64,000 bases of DNA from Alphaproteobacteria bacterium (lineage in GTDB: Bacteria; Pseudomonadota; Alphaproteobacteria; Bin95). Positions within the stretch are counted from its first letter, which is position 1. Each line of letters starts with the position of its first letter. A model generated the notes under the pieces. The model ran no database searches and had not been told where the DNA came from. It worked only from the letters and a program-made list of their open reading frames with translations. The stretch covers positions 5,280,001 to 5,344,000 of the forward strand of contig CBDBGH010000003.1 in NCBI GenBank assembly GCA_965205265.1, read 5' to 3'. This document shows, piece by piece, positions 18,309 to 28,742 of the stretch. The translations under genes were made by a program, and so were the position numbers.

Positions 18309-19406
18309 TCAGGGCGGCGAAGGGTCAGCATCAAGCCGGTCGGGCGGGCCCGGCTCTGAGGACACCGCCCGATCGGCGGTGAACCTTGAGGCGAACGCCA
18401 GGAGCGGCGCGGGCAGGGCGGACAGATCGGGGTCGTCGAAAGCGAGCCCGAGATGCCCCGTCGCGATTGCGGCAACCAATTGCGCCTGTTCCCGGTCCCT
18501 TCGCCGCTTGAGGGGATCCCGGAACCGGACCTCCTCCACCATCCACTGCTTCTGCAGCGCATAGACCCGGGGATCCACCGTCACGATCCGGAGCGGGAAA
18601 CCTTGCTCGTCCAACGCGGTTGCCGTGAACTTCGGGGCATTGAGCAACCATTCCCCGTTGTCGATCGCGGAAGCTACCAGATCGTCGGGATGATCGGACA
18701 AGCCTCCTTGGCCTTCCCTCATGATCCTTTCATGATCCGCCGGCGCGACCAGATCGACCATGAAACGGCTTCCGTTCACCGCAGTGAACGATCTCTGCGG
18801 AACTTTTCGGAACGACCGGTCCACTCTTTGCAGCGCGCCGACAAGCCCCTTTTCCCCCACACGCCCGGAGAGGGCGAGCGAGCGGCGCGCATCATGCAGG
18901 AGGTCCAGATCGCCCGTGGCGAGAAGGGCGCTTCCGATGCGCAGGCCGGCCCGCGCCTCATAGGCGTAGAGCGCGCTCGTACCGATCACCGTCAGAGCGC
19001 CGCCCGCCCGCTCCGGCGGCCCCATCAAGCCCAGACTGTCGAGTTTCCGGATCACCCGGGCTGTCAGCAGCGGGACCCGCCCCGCGCCCCGGGCGCGCAG
19101 GACCGGGGCAAGTCTCGAAATTTCGCTCCGCAGCCGCTCGATCTGTTCCCTCGCCTGCATCTGGCCGTCGAGGAATCGCGACAGGATGGTTTCCGTATCG
19201 GCGCTCCGCCGCCCGAGGGAATTCTTCGTCGTGCTGCCATAAGGGCGCCGGATCAGGTATTCGGCGTTCCCGCGACGCTCGAATTTCATCGACCCGCCAA
19301 AGCTGTGCCGGGCCTCGGCAACCACATGCCGCAGTGCGTCATAGCATTCCCGCGCGTCGATCGTGTCACGCAGGGAATCGTGGTCCAAATGCTTGATATC
19401 CGGCAT
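18309..19406 (-). CDS. GSU2403-like nucleotidyltransferase-fold protein
   Basis: SLGRRS.DTE, VIGTSALYAYE, ATGDLDLL, DPRVYALQK.W, DPLKRRRD motifs. Confidence 0.8.
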   Translation of the reverse strand: MPDIKHLDHDSLRDTIDARECYDALRHVVAEARHSFGGSMKFERRGNAEYLIRRPYGSTTKNSLGRRSADTETILSRFLDGQMQAREQIERLRSEISRLAPVLRARGAGRVPLLTARVIRKLDSLGLMGPPERAGGALTVIGTSALYAYEARAGLRIGSALLATGDLDLLHDARRSLALSGRVGEKGLVGALQRVDRSFRKVPQRSFTAVNGSRFMVDLVAPADHERIMREGQGGLSDHPDDLVASAIDNGEWLLNAPKFTATALDEQGFPLRIVTVDPRVYALQKQWMVEEVRFRDPLKRRRDREQAQLVAAIATGHLGLAFDDPDLSALPAPLLAFASRFTADRAVSSEPGPPDRLDADPSPP

Positions 19407-19470
19407 TTTACCAATTCAGGCTGCTTTTCGGACTTCTATTGGTAAAAACCGGTTCTTGTCAAAGGGCCGT

Positions 19471-20532
19471 TCAGGGCTGCGGGATATCCGTCGTCTCCGC
19501 CGGATCCGGCTGCTCTTCGCTGGACAATCCCGCCGCCAGCTCCTCAAGCACCCCGGCCAGTGCCGGACGGGCGGCCGCGAGCACGGCGATCGTCTCCCCC
19601 AGAAACGCCTCCGGGGCGGTTTCGGCGGTTGAGGCGCGGCCAGCCGTTTCCCGCAGCGCCGCCAGACATTCCCGGGCCTTGAAGACAGCCGATGCCCTGC
19701 TGTCGACGGATACGCTGGCGAAAGGGGGATCATGGGCAGCGGCGATCTCCCCGCCCAGCACCGGGACCATCGCCAGGAACCGACCGACCGCATGGGCGCA
19801 ACCCCGCGCGGTTACACCTCCATAGGGAGCCTCATGGTGTTTCTTCGTCTGACCGTCCATAGAGAGGATGTCGTCGGCCATGGCGCCGAGCCCGGCCTGC
19901 CGGGCCGTTCGCGCCAGCCGCTTGAGTTCGTGCGTCTTCGGGTACTCGACGCCTTGGCGCCCGAGCATCGCCTTCGCCAGCAACTCCGCCGCATCGGCCG
20001 AGGCGGCGGCGAAGGAATCGCACGCGGCGAGGTCGTCCCGCCACTGGCCGCTCCCGCCTAGGCCGAACGCCGCCAGAGCCGCGTGCTTCATGTGGTCGAG
20101 GGCGTCATAGACGAGGCGGGAGTATTCGTCGGGCTGCATCGAAAGGGGATCCTCCAGATTACGGCCGCAGGCCGGCCATGCTCCTGCCAGCAGCAGGCCG
20201 TCGCGCAGCACGCCGAGCGCCACATGGCCGATGGCCCGCGCCTTGCGCCGCGCCAACGGGACCGGCAGCGCGAGACACTGCACGTCGATCCCCGGGTCGA
20301 GAGAGCGGATCGGCAGACCTTCCGGGACCGCCTCCAGCTGCACGCCGTCTGCCGTGAGGAAGGCCACGTCCCAGTCGCTGTCGGAACGGTGGTCGCCCCG
20401 GGCGCGCGAGCCGAACAGCACCGCCGCCTTTGCCTCCGGCCAGACCGTCAGCGTCTCCTCGGCCGCCTGTTCGATCAGGGCCAGGACGGCCTCATCCGGA
20501 GCCTGTGCCGCTCTGTCCGCAAGCCTCTCCAT
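19471..20532 (-). CDS. fused minimal nucleotidyltransferase (MNT) + HEPN-like protein
   Basis: LFGSRARGD...SDWDVA (GS..DxD) followed by AELLAKAML...YPKTHEL, a HEPN-like helix bundle. Confidence 0.75.
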   Translation of the reverse strand: MERLADRAAQAPDEAVLALIEQAAEETLTVWPEAKAAVLFGSRARGDHRSDSDWDVAFLTADGVQLEAVPEGLPIRSLDPGIDVQCLALPVPLARRKARAIGHVALGVLRDGLLLAGAWPACGRNLEDPLSMQPDEYSRLVYDALDHMKHAALAAFGLGGSGQWRDDLAACDSFAAASADAAELLAKAMLGRQGVEYPKTHELKRLARTARQAGLGAMADDILSMDGQTKKHHEAPYGGVTARGCAHAVGRFLAMVPVLGGEIAAAHDPPFASVSVDSRASAVFKARECLAALRETAGRASTAETAPEAFLGETIAVLAAARPALAGVLEELAAGLSSEEQPDPAETTDIPQP

Positions 20533-20764
20533 AACGACGCAAAATCTAACCGGCGGCAGGAATGCGCGCAACGTCCCCGGAGGTGGTTCAGATCGGCTCG
20601 CGCGCCCGGGGCGTCCGCCACTCCTTCGCAGGCCGCTACTGTCTGGCGGCACTGCGGGGGACGGCCGCTCATCCAGATGACGGCCGCGAGGACATCCATC
20701 AGGTAGTTCCTTCGCTTTCCGGAGATTGAGCCGGGCATTTGGCGACACGCCCCGACGCGGCCGC

Positions 20765-21070
20765 TCACGGAGACGGTTCGGAAGCCGAGGCCGGATCCGG
20801 GTTGGGGAAAGCCACAGGCGTCACATCCATGGAAAGGCTCCTGTCCTCATCATGCTCTGGCAGATACGCAACCACCTCATGCAATGTGGCCTGGCCGCCC
20901 GGGTACATGATGCGGATGAGGATGTCGTCGCAATACAGACCCTTCCAGCCGGGATGGGTCTTGTCGAGGATTTCCAGCGCCCGGCGGGCAACGTCCTTCT
21001 CGACAGCCTCGTCCAGGAAGAGTATCTCCCCGCCGCCCGTCGGCTGCGCACTGATATCGGGCGCGCCCAC
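20765..21070 (-). CDS. hypothetical protein
   Basis: Short ORF with coding-like composition. Confidence 0.35.
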   Translation of the reverse strand: MGAPDISAQPTGGGEILFLDEAVEKDVARRALEILDKTHPGWKGLYCDDILIRIMYPGGQATLHEVVAYLPEHDEDRSLSMDVTPVAFPNPDPASASEPSP

Positions 21071-21117
21071 GGCCCTGGCGCCGGACGCCTCGAAGGATAT
21101 CTCAAGCCATCCGCGAG

Positions 21118-22161
21118 GTGTACACGCCCTATTCGGATGCCGCGAAGCGGTATATCGAGCGCGCCCCGGCGCTCGCGCAACGCGCGGCGGCGGCGTGGCG
21201 CGACCTGCAGCTCGATATCGACAGGGGCTGGGAGGAATACACCCGGGCCAGCGACCGGTTTGTGCAGATTCATGTCGACATGGCCGAGAGAGGTCTGGCG
21301 CAGAGACTCCGGAGGTTCTTCGACAAGCGCACGCGCTGCCGCGGGAAAAGGGACTGCGTCGAGCGGCTCGATCGCCGGTACGAACAGGAAATGCGCCGGT
21401 TGTTCCAGGACCCGCCGCCCTGGACCGTTTTCTGCCGGGAAGCCTCGGTGCTCGACAAGGTCGTCAGGAAGAAAGGGAGAGGGCTGTCCATCGACATCAA
21501 CCCGCTGACGGTGTTCAGGACCGGTTACCGGTGCAGCACATCGCCCCGGGATGTAGGACTGGCGCTCGCCTTCTCGCAACAGGAGACCTTCGAGAAGGAT
21601 GTCGCGAACCCGGCCGGATTCCCCTTCGGCATGACCGAGGACGCTTGGCGCGGCAGCGCGCGCCTGGCCGGGCAGGTTCGCGCCGGACTCGAGCAACAGC
21701 ACGGACTGTCGCTCCCCCGCGACTGGTCGCTGCATGACCAGGAGGCGTTCTATGCCGCATATCGCGACCACGCCGACGGTGAGGCCCTGAAGGGGTGGCG
21801 GACGCGGAGCAGGCAGCTGTTCGGGGCGGTCGTGCCTGCCGGTCTGAGCCTGGACGGCCTTACCCGGACGCCGACGGTGCAGGAACGGCTTCGGCAAGGC
21901 CTGGGAGCCGACTATGTGGACGGCTTCGTGTTCTCCTGGTCCGAAGAAGCCTATGTGCGAAACGTGGTTCATCCCTTGATCGAGCGCCGGATCCGCGAGG
22001 CGTTGTCAGCGTTCGAAGCGGGGGCTCGGGACTACCGCGACGGTGCCCCATATGCCGAGGCGGGGAAGGACATGTTCCGGGCTGCAATAGTGCCCGCGAT
22101 CGCGGTATGCCTCTCCCTCTTCTGTAAGCGATGCGGGCGGGTCACCCGGATTTCAGCTTGA
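21118..22161 (+). pseudogene. hypothetical protein truncated at the 3' end by an IS66 terminus
   Basis: Long ORF whose hydrophobic C-terminal helix (IVPAIAVCLSLF) runs into the IS66 IR GTAAGCG at 22124. Confidence 0.55.
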
Positions 22162-23208
22162 CGACGGCTTGAAGTTCCAGGGGAGCAGGTCGTCGATGCG
22201 GTCGTTGGGATAGCCGGCCGCGATAGCTTCGAGGGTGGCCTTGAGCCAGGCGTAGGGCTCGACCCCGTTCAACCTGGCGGTCTGGGTGAGTGAAGCGATC
22301 CGGCCCCAGGCGACCGCGCCTTCGTCGTGACCCGCGAAGAGTGCATTTTTCCTTGTAAGGGCAATCGGCCGGGCGAGATTCTCGACGGCATTGCTGTCCA
22401 TCTCGACGCGGCCGTCGGCGAGGAACAGCCGGAGGCCGTCCCAGTGGCGGGCGATATAGGCGAGTTTCTCGCCGAGGCGGGACTTGGGCGAGACGCGGGC
22501 GCGCTGCTGCTTCAGCCAGTCGCCGAAGGCCTCGACCAGGGGCGCGGACTGCGCCTGCCGTTCTGCGAGACGCTGCTCGGGCGGGTTGCCGCGGATGTCG
22601 GCCTCGATGGCGTAGAGCTCGGCGATCCGGCGCAGGCCCTCGGCCGCGATCTCGGAGCCGCTGCTGTCATAGATCTCGCGCAGGCGGCGCCTCGCGTGGG
22701 ACCAGCAGTAAGCCAGCCGTATCGGTGCGCCGCCCTTGCGGGTCCGGCCGGTCAGCCGGTTGTAACCGGCATAGCCGTCCACTTGGAGGATACCGTCGAA
22801 GCCGTCGAGGAAGCGCTCGGCATATTCACCGCCGCGCCCGGGCGCATAGAAGTACACAACGCCCGGCGGGTCGGGTCCGCTCCAGGCACGGTCGTCGCGG
22901 GCCAGCGCCCACAGCCAGCCGGTCTTGGTCCTGCCGCGGCCCGGATCGAGCACCGGCGCCCGCGTCTCGTCCATGAACAGCTTCGAAGAGCGCTTGAGAT
23001 GCTCCGCCAGCCGGTCGGCCACTGGCTTCAGATGGAACGACGCCCTGCCGACCCAGCCGGCCAGCGTCGAGCGGTCCAGATCGAGGCCGGAACGGGCATA
23101 GACCTGCGACTGCCGGTGCAACGGGCAATGGTCCAGGTATTTGGAGACGAGCACATGGGCGATCGCGCCTTCGGTCGGCAACCCGCCCTCGATCAGCCGG
23201 GCCGGCCA
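22124..23208 (-). mobile_element. IS66-family remnant (C-terminal half of TnpC plus one IR)
   Basis: SKY.DH.PL.RQ, MDET, LQVDGYAGY, CWSHARR, DSNAVE, RKNALFAG, LLPW motifs; terminal GTAAGCG. 5' half absent. Confidence 0.85.
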
Positions 23209-23879
23209 TAGGCGCGCATGAGCGCGACCAGCCGACCCTGCACCTGCACGCGCTCCGGCTCGTAGGCTTCCGGCGGAGGGGCGGCATTCACCGTTTCCAG
23301 CACGACGTGTCCGTCCACCGGACGCCAGATTCCCAGTGCCGCCTCCCGTGAATCCACCAGTGCCACGACGATCTCCCCGCTCTCGGCTTCGCCGCACTCA
23401 TGGATGATGAGGGTATCGCCGTCCATGATGCCGGCATCGACCATCGAATCGCCGGCGACCGTGAGCGCATAGCAGCGTCCGTCGCCAATCATCCCCTGCG
23501 GCACGGACAGGGTGCCCTCGGGCTCGCGCAGGGCCTCGACCGGCATGCTGGCGGCCATGGGGCCATAGAGCGGCAATTCCTTCTGGGCCGCCGCGGCAGG
23601 GTCCACACGTCCGCGAAAGCCCGAGCGCCCCCGGGCATGGCCGAGGCCCCCGAGGGCATCTCCCGGCTCCGGCAGGCGGATGACTTCCAGGGCGCGGCTC
23701 AGCTTCGGAAAGCGCCGGACGAAACCCCGTCTCTCCAATGCCGCCACCAGCCTGTGGACGGTGCCCTTGGAGCGGAGACCCATCGCTTCCTTCATCTCTT
23801 CGAAGGAAGGCGCAATGCCGTCCTTGGAGTCGCGCAGGAAGATGAACCGCAGAAGTTCGTTCTGGCGTTCCGTCAACAT
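23193..23879 (-). CDS. lexA: LexA-like repressor, predicted non-cleavable
   Basis: MLT.RQ.ELL...PSFEEMKEA.GLRSK..VHRL..ALE.RGF winged HTH and GDSM. AAS replaces AAG and AALGI replaces ATLKR. Confidence 0.85.
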   Translation of the reverse strand: MLTERQNELLRFIFLRDSKDGIAPSFEEMKEAMGLRSKGTVHRLVAALERRGFVRRFPKLSRALEVIRLPEPGDALGGLGHARGRSGFRGRVDPAAAAQKELPLYGPMAASMPVEALREPEGTLSVPQGMIGDGRCYALTVAGDSMVDAGIMDGDTLIIHECGEAESGEIVVALVDSREAALGIWRPVDGHVVLETVNAAPPPEAYEPERVQVQGRLVALMRAYGRPG

Positions 23880-23942
23880 GACTCCATAGCTCCGGGAATC
23901 CCCTTGCGCGGGGTCGCCCTGCTCTTCGCCCCTCCGGCATTT

Positions 23943-23957
23943 GTTCTATATAAGTTC
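23943..23957. promoter_or_regulatory. alphaproteobacterial LexA (SOS) box
   Basis: GTTC-TATATAA-GTTC = GTTC-N7-GTTC, 64 bp upstream of the lexA start. Confidence 0.75.
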
Positions 23958-24187
23958 GCCGCGGGCGTCAAGCGGCGCTTCGGAGCGGGCCGCCGGCACA
24001 GGGGGCACAGGGGACACCCGGAGCCCCGTCCGGCACGGCACCGGTCCCCGGGACGAGCTGCCTGCCCGGGCAATTCGCGCCGGCATGCAAAATGCCGACC
24101 TGGATGAAACCGCACCGCTAGGGCAGGAATCCTTGCACCTCCAGTGAAAACCGCCTATCTCATGAACGTGGAAAAGAGGAGGGCATC

Positions 24188-24406
24188 ATGTCACGCGAAG
24201 ACGCCATCGCGTTCCTCGCCCGGGCCGAGGAAAGATACGGCCTGAAGGTCTTCGAGAATATCTGCGAGCGAACCGTCGGGCAACGCCCGCTCGGACGGCG
24301 CCTCCGGGTTGTGGGCGAGGCGATCATGGAACGGACCGACTATGAAGGATACCTCCTGGGCCGCAGGCTGGTCGCCGCCGCGGCCGAGGTGGACGGACAG
24401 TGCTGA
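24188..24406 (+). CDS. small protein, putative antitoxin partner
   Basis: AGGAGG RBS; overlaps the downstream nucleotidyltransferase gene. Confidence 0.6.
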   Translation: MSREDAIAFLARAEERYGLKVFENICERTVGQRPLGRRLRVVGEAIMERTDYEGYLLGRRLVAAAAEVDGQC

Positions 24407-25221
24407 CCGCGATCCAGTCCCGTGCCGCCCGGATCATGGCGGCAAACAGGTCGGAGGAGAGCTATTTCGCGGGCGGGGCGGTTCTCAACGAGCACACGGA
24501 ACGCGTGTCGGATGACCTGGATGTCTTTCATGACACCGAAGAGGCGATGGACGACATCTGCCGCAAGGACATGCAGGCACTGGAGGCCGCCGGCCTCGAC
24601 GTCATCGTCGTCATCGACGTCTGGGGCTGCATCGAGGCCAGGGTCCGTGACGAGGCTCGCAGGGAAACCGTCGTCCAGTGGATGCCCGAGAGCCGGATGC
24701 GTTTTTTCCCGCTGGTGGCCGATCCGCTCTGGGGCGTTCGGCTGCATCGTTCCGACCTGGCGGTCAACAAGGCCATCGCCGCATCGTCAAGGAGGAGGAC
24801 CCGCGACGCGGCGGACCTGGTCCTGATCTCGCGTCATTATTGCCCCTTGGGTCCGTTGTTCCTGGCCGCATCGCTCAAGCTGGACCTGTCTCCCATCGTG
24901 CTGGTGGACATGGCCCGGCAGAGAATGGCCGGGGCGTCCAACGAAGAACTCGGGGAACTCCGCACGGTGATTGGCGGCCAGAACGCCGGCGAGATCAAGA
25001 GCGCCGGATTTGCCGCACTGGATTCCGCGGAGACTTTCCTGCGCGGCCTCCCGGACCGCATGGTGGGTGGACTGCCTGTCAAGGCCGACGGCGCGCCAAC
25101 GGACAGGGTGGAGGACATGGCCTTTCTCCGGCCCGTCACGGACGGCGGCGGCCGCTTCCCGGACTTCCCGGAGACTCCGCCGGAATTCAGCGACGCGGGA
25201 GGCATGGGCGGCGGGCCGTAA
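24400..25221 (+). CDS. AbiEii-like nucleotidyltransferase
   Basis: YFAGGAVL...R.SDDLDVF (GG..DxD), NK..A...R...RD..DL motifs. Confidence 0.7.
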   Translation: MLTAIQSRAARIMAANRSEESYFAGGAVLNEHTERVSDDLDVFHDTEEAMDDICRKDMQALEAAGLDVIVVIDVWGCIEARVRDEARRETVVQWMPESRMRFFPLVADPLWGVRLHRSDLAVNKAIAASSRRRTRDAADLVLISRHYCPLGPLFLAASLKLDLSPIVLVDMARQRMAGASNEELGELRTVIGGQNAGEIKSAGFAALDSAETFLRGLPDRMVGGLPVKADGAPTDRVEDMAFLRPVTDGGGRFPDFPETPPEFSDAGGMGGGP

Positions 25222-25656
25222 CACCGGCTTCGGCCCAGCCATTCCCGGCTCCTGCACGGCCCTCCTTTCGATTCTTGCCCCGACAGGCTTCGGTATAGGC
25301 GCCTGTCGGCTGCGTCGCGGGACGGAGAGGATGCGCCGCAGCAGCGCGAGCGGCCTCAATCCGTGAAGCTGTCAGACACGTCACCGGCTCCGCCGGAGTG
25401 AATCAGCTTGCCTTTCCCGTCCATAGTGTATTCGGGAGGCGCCCAGTATATCGCATGCAGGCAGTCCTCCGCCCCGACCGCATTGCCGTGCATCTCGCAT
25501 CCGCCACCGAACCAGGCGATCGCCGTCCTCCCGTTCCTGACCGCGCTCGCCGCCGGTGCGCCGCTCGTCCCGATCTCCGCAATCCGGCGGACGACGGGCC
25601 TTGTAGTGGCAGCTCTTGCGGCGGCAGCCCTGCTGCGGACGTCGGAAAGCCGTCGG

Positions 25657-25989
25657 CTACTTCAGCATGTAGGCGACAGTCATGCCCACCCCGTAACCGA
25701 TCAGGAACGGAACGAAGAACGCCGCCGGACGGGGCTGGGAGTCGTGATAGTGAGTGACGTGGGCCTCCCAGGCATAGATGTCGACCGGTGCTTCCGGAGC
25801 AAGCTGCTCCAGATAGGTGGCGGTCCCGTCGCGAAGCGAACCGGCGCCGGGGTTCGAGCCGAGCATATCGGCAACCGCGTTGGCCGCGTCTTGAAGATCC
25901 TCGCGAGAGACAGCGGCGAGCTTGGCCTTCGCGTGGTCCGCGAGCTGAAGGTTCGCTATCGTGCTGCCGTTGGTGCTTGCAGTAGCCAT
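25657..25989 (-). CDS. hypothetical protein with hydrophobic C-terminal GxxxG peptide
   Basis: GGAGG RBS; ends AAFFVPFLIGYGVGMTVAYMLK. Confidence 0.55.
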   Translation of the reverse strand: MATASTNGSTIANLQLADHAKAKLAAVSREDLQDAANAVADMLGSNPGAGSLRDGTATYLEQLAPEAPVDIYAWEAHVTHYHDSQPRPAAFFVPFLIGYGVGMTVAYMLK

Positions 25990-26351
25990 GGGGCGTGTTC
26001 CTCCGGACACAGGGTTGGCGGCTGAAGTCTCCGGGAGAAGCCTAGTCCGGCGCACCGGGAAAGTGCAACTCCCGGACCTGAATTGCCGGAACGCCGAGGT
26101 GCGGGCGGACATGGTCATGCGGACCGGGAACATTCCGCCAGGACGCTGCCGGCGACGCTGAAACACCGGGAGAGCGGGAAGGCTCCTGATGGCCCGAGTA
26201 GCCCGAGTGAACTGCCGCTGCGACCGAACGCGCATCGCATGGTCCATTTTCGGCGCGCCCAGGTCGGTTAGTATTCCCTGTGGGCGCGGCCCGATCCACC
26301 CGAAAGACGGGCGCAGCGGAGCCGCCGCACAAACCCTGGGAGGAAAGGAAA

Positions 26352-27688
26352 GGGGCTTACAAAGGTAAGTTGACATTGCCGTGTATCGTATCCAGTTCGG
26401 CCGCATGAGCGAGGTCTTCACGCACCGTCAGGTGGTATTCCGGCTTCTGCCGGGCCGCCGGTCCGTTTGGCGGCGTCTGGAGCGGGTTCTGGAGGCGCAG
26501 CGGCAGTTGTACAACGCCGCCCTTCAGGAACGCTGCGACGCCTGGCGTCTGGCCGGGCGGTCGCTCTCCTATATCGACCAGGCGAAGAGCCTGACGGTGT
26601 GCCGCCGGGAGGACCCCGAGATGGCGGCCGTTCCGGTCGCCGTGCAGCGCGGGACGCTGAAGCGCCTGGACGAGGCGATGAAGGGCTTCTTCCGGCGGGT
26701 GAAGGCGGGCCAGAAGCCGGGTTTTCCCCGGTTCCGGTCCCGCCGGCGGTTCGACAGCCTCTCCTTCGTCTCGGGGGTGAGGCTGGAGGACCGGGCCCGG
26801 CCCGGCGCGGACTGCGGGTCCGGCGCGGCCTGCCTGCGCCTTCCGGGTTTCGGCCCGCTTGCGGTCCGCCGGCGGGGCGGCAACCCGCATGGGGATGGCG
26901 AGCCGGTCTCGGCGGTGCTGAAGCGCGAGGCCGGCAAGTGGTACGCCGTGGTCTGCTACCGGGTCCCGGCGCCGGCGGTCCACGAGGATGACGACAGCGT
27001 CATCGGGGTGGACATGAACGCTGGCCAGGTGGCGGCGAGCGGTCCGGGGCCGGAAGCCCGCCTGTTCCATGCCCCGGATACGCGGCGGCTGGAGGCGAGG
27101 GCGAAGCGCCTTGCCCGGCGTCTGGCGCGCCAGAAGCGCGGCTCCGGGCGCCGGGAGCGCACCCGCGCCCGTCTGGCGAAGACGAGGCGGCGCCTTTCCG
27201 GGATGCGGTGCGACTGGCGCCACCATGTCTCGCGGACAGTCGCCGACGCCGCCCATACCGTCGCCGTCGAGGACCTCCGGGTCCGGAACATGACGCGCAG
27301 CGCCCGGGGCACGACAGAGGAGCCGGGCGCCCGGGTCCGGCAGAAGGCCGGGCTCAACCGCGTCATCCTGGCCACGGGATGGGCGGAACTGCGCTTCATG
27401 TTCGGCTACAAGGCGGGACGGCTGCTCGCGGTCGACCCGGCCCATACCAGCCGGACCTGCGCCGCCTGCGGCCATGTCGATGCCGGCTCGCGGCGTTCGC
27501 GGGCCGAATTCCAGTGCACGGCCTGCGGCCATGCGGACCATGCCGACGCGAATGCCGGCAGCAACATCCGGCGTCGGGGACTGGCGCTGCTGCACGGGGA
27601 GGGGCGTTCCGGCTTGCGGACCCCTGCGATCCGTGAAAACGCAGGGATGCTGGCGGCATGACGCCGTCAACTCATCTTTGTAAGGCCC
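26352..27688 (+). mobile_element. non-autonomous tnpB element with TIRs and 8-bp TSD, copy 2
   Basis: Same ends as copy 1; AAAGGAAA duplicated at 26344-26351 and 27689-27696; two substitutions seen versus copy 1. Confidence 0.92.
26381..27661 (+). CDS. tnpB: RNA-guided endonuclease TnpB
   Basis: Identical to 4381..5661 except H->R and Q->R; catalytic triad intact. Confidence 0.95.
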   Translation: MYRIQFGRMSEVFTHRQVVFRLLPGRRSVWRRLERVLEAQRQLYNAALQERCDAWRLAGRSLSYIDQAKSLTVCRREDPEMAAVPVAVQRGTLKRLDEAMKGFFRRVKAGQKPGFPRFRSRRRFDSLSFVSGVRLEDRARPGADCGSGAACLRLPGFGPLAVRRRGGNPHGDGEPVSAVLKREAGKWYAVVCYRVPAPAVHEDDDSVIGVDMNAGQVAASGPGPEARLFHAPDTRRLEARAKRLARRLARQKRGSGRRERTRARLAKTRRRLSGMRCDWRHHVSRTVADAAHTVAVEDLRVRNMTRSARGTTEEPGARVRQKAGLNRVILATGWAELRFMFGYKAGRLLAVDPAHTSRTCAACGHVDAGSRRSRAEFQCTACGHADHADANAGSNIRRRGLALLHGEGRSGLRTPAIRENAGMLAA

Positions 27689-27701
27689 AAAGGAAACCAT
27701 C

Positions 27702-28151
27702 ATGCGCAAGGGATACACGGTCCTTCTGGCGGCATGCCTCGCAATCGCCGCGCTGCAGGGGTGCACGCATTCAACCGGGTCGCCGGAGAAACGGTTGGAA
27801 GGGGTCGTAAAGACCCAGCCTGAAACCGAGTCGTCCGACAAGCAGTGCAGGACGCAATTCAGGCTGGTCGACACGCACGCCGACGCCCGGGACTACAGGA
27901 GGGCGCTCACCAAGGTCCAGGAAATCGACTGCCCGGTGTGGAAGGACAAGGGTTATCGGTCAATTGCCAGGTCGCTCCGGCGCTATGCCACCGAAGCACG
28001 GAAGGAGCAGCAATTCGCGGCAGCCCGGGATCTTCTTGAGAAGGCGAGGCGCGTAGCGGAGCATATCAGGGATCCCGAGATGCAACTTTCCGTGTTCCGA
28101 GCCATCGAGAGGGCTGCGGAACTGGTGGAAAGGGATATGCGGCGGTCGTAG
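27702..28151 (+). CDS. putative lipoprotein
   Basis: Signal peptide with lipobox-like LQGC. Its RBS is the TSD of the tnpB element. Confidence 0.7.
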   Translation: MRKGYTVLLAACLAIAALQGCTHSTGSPEKRLEGVVKTQPETESSDKQCRTQFRLVDTHADARDYRRALTKVQEIDCPVWKDKGYRSIARSLRRYATEARKEQQFAAARDLLEKARRVAEHIRDPEMQLSVFRAIERAAELVERDMRRS

Positions 28152-28386
28152 CACCGGCCCGGCGATGATCCTGAAGGCTGCGGGGCTGACGGCGGCCGCA
28201 CGCAAAAGCCTGCCGGCGTGGAGTTCCTCCGCGCGGCTTGCCCGCCGGCACGTTTCCGGGCAGAGTCCTGATGGCGGGGGCGGCCCCGCCATTCGCTGTT
28301 TGACACCGTCGAGAAGTGTGACGCCATCAGGTCGGAACGGTCCGGCATGCGGCGACTTTCGTCCACATGGCGTTACGGGACGGGCG

Positions 28387-28714
28387 CTGCAGCGGGCTCA
28401 CCGCCCGCAACACACATTGACGCGGATCGAGTGCGGCGAAGTCGGCAAGCTTCAACGCGACGAACCGCCTCCGGCTCTGCCGAGCGGAGTCGAGCGGTTC
28501 GATGGTTCAAGGGATCCTGCGGCCGCCCCAGGTCCCGGCAGGCGGAGGCAGACACTAGGTTGTCAGTCTGCTGTGCAATTGAAGGGTTTCGAAACCGGCG
28601 AGTGCCCGCAACCGGGCTTGCGCCATCACATTGAAGGACCGCTGTTCCGGATATTCCAATGCGGTCGCTGAAGAGCGGACAGGATGACTCCCTGTCCGCC
28701 TTGCACATTGAAGC
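28387..28714 (+). CRISPR. degenerate CRISPR-like mini-array (~4-5 units)
   Basis: Hairpin plus CACATTGACGC (~28423), GCAATTGAAGG (~28585), CACATTGAAGG (~28637) and GCACATTGAAGC (~28714). Confidence 0.5.
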
Positions 28715-28742
28715 TCCATCAGAGCCTCGATATGGCGCGGTT

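Noticed and set aside
4352-27688. The two tnpB copies are exactly 22,000 bp apart, suggesting an artefact
   Set aside because: They have different TSDs, different biologically coherent flanks and two SNPs, so the round spacing is taken as coincidence.
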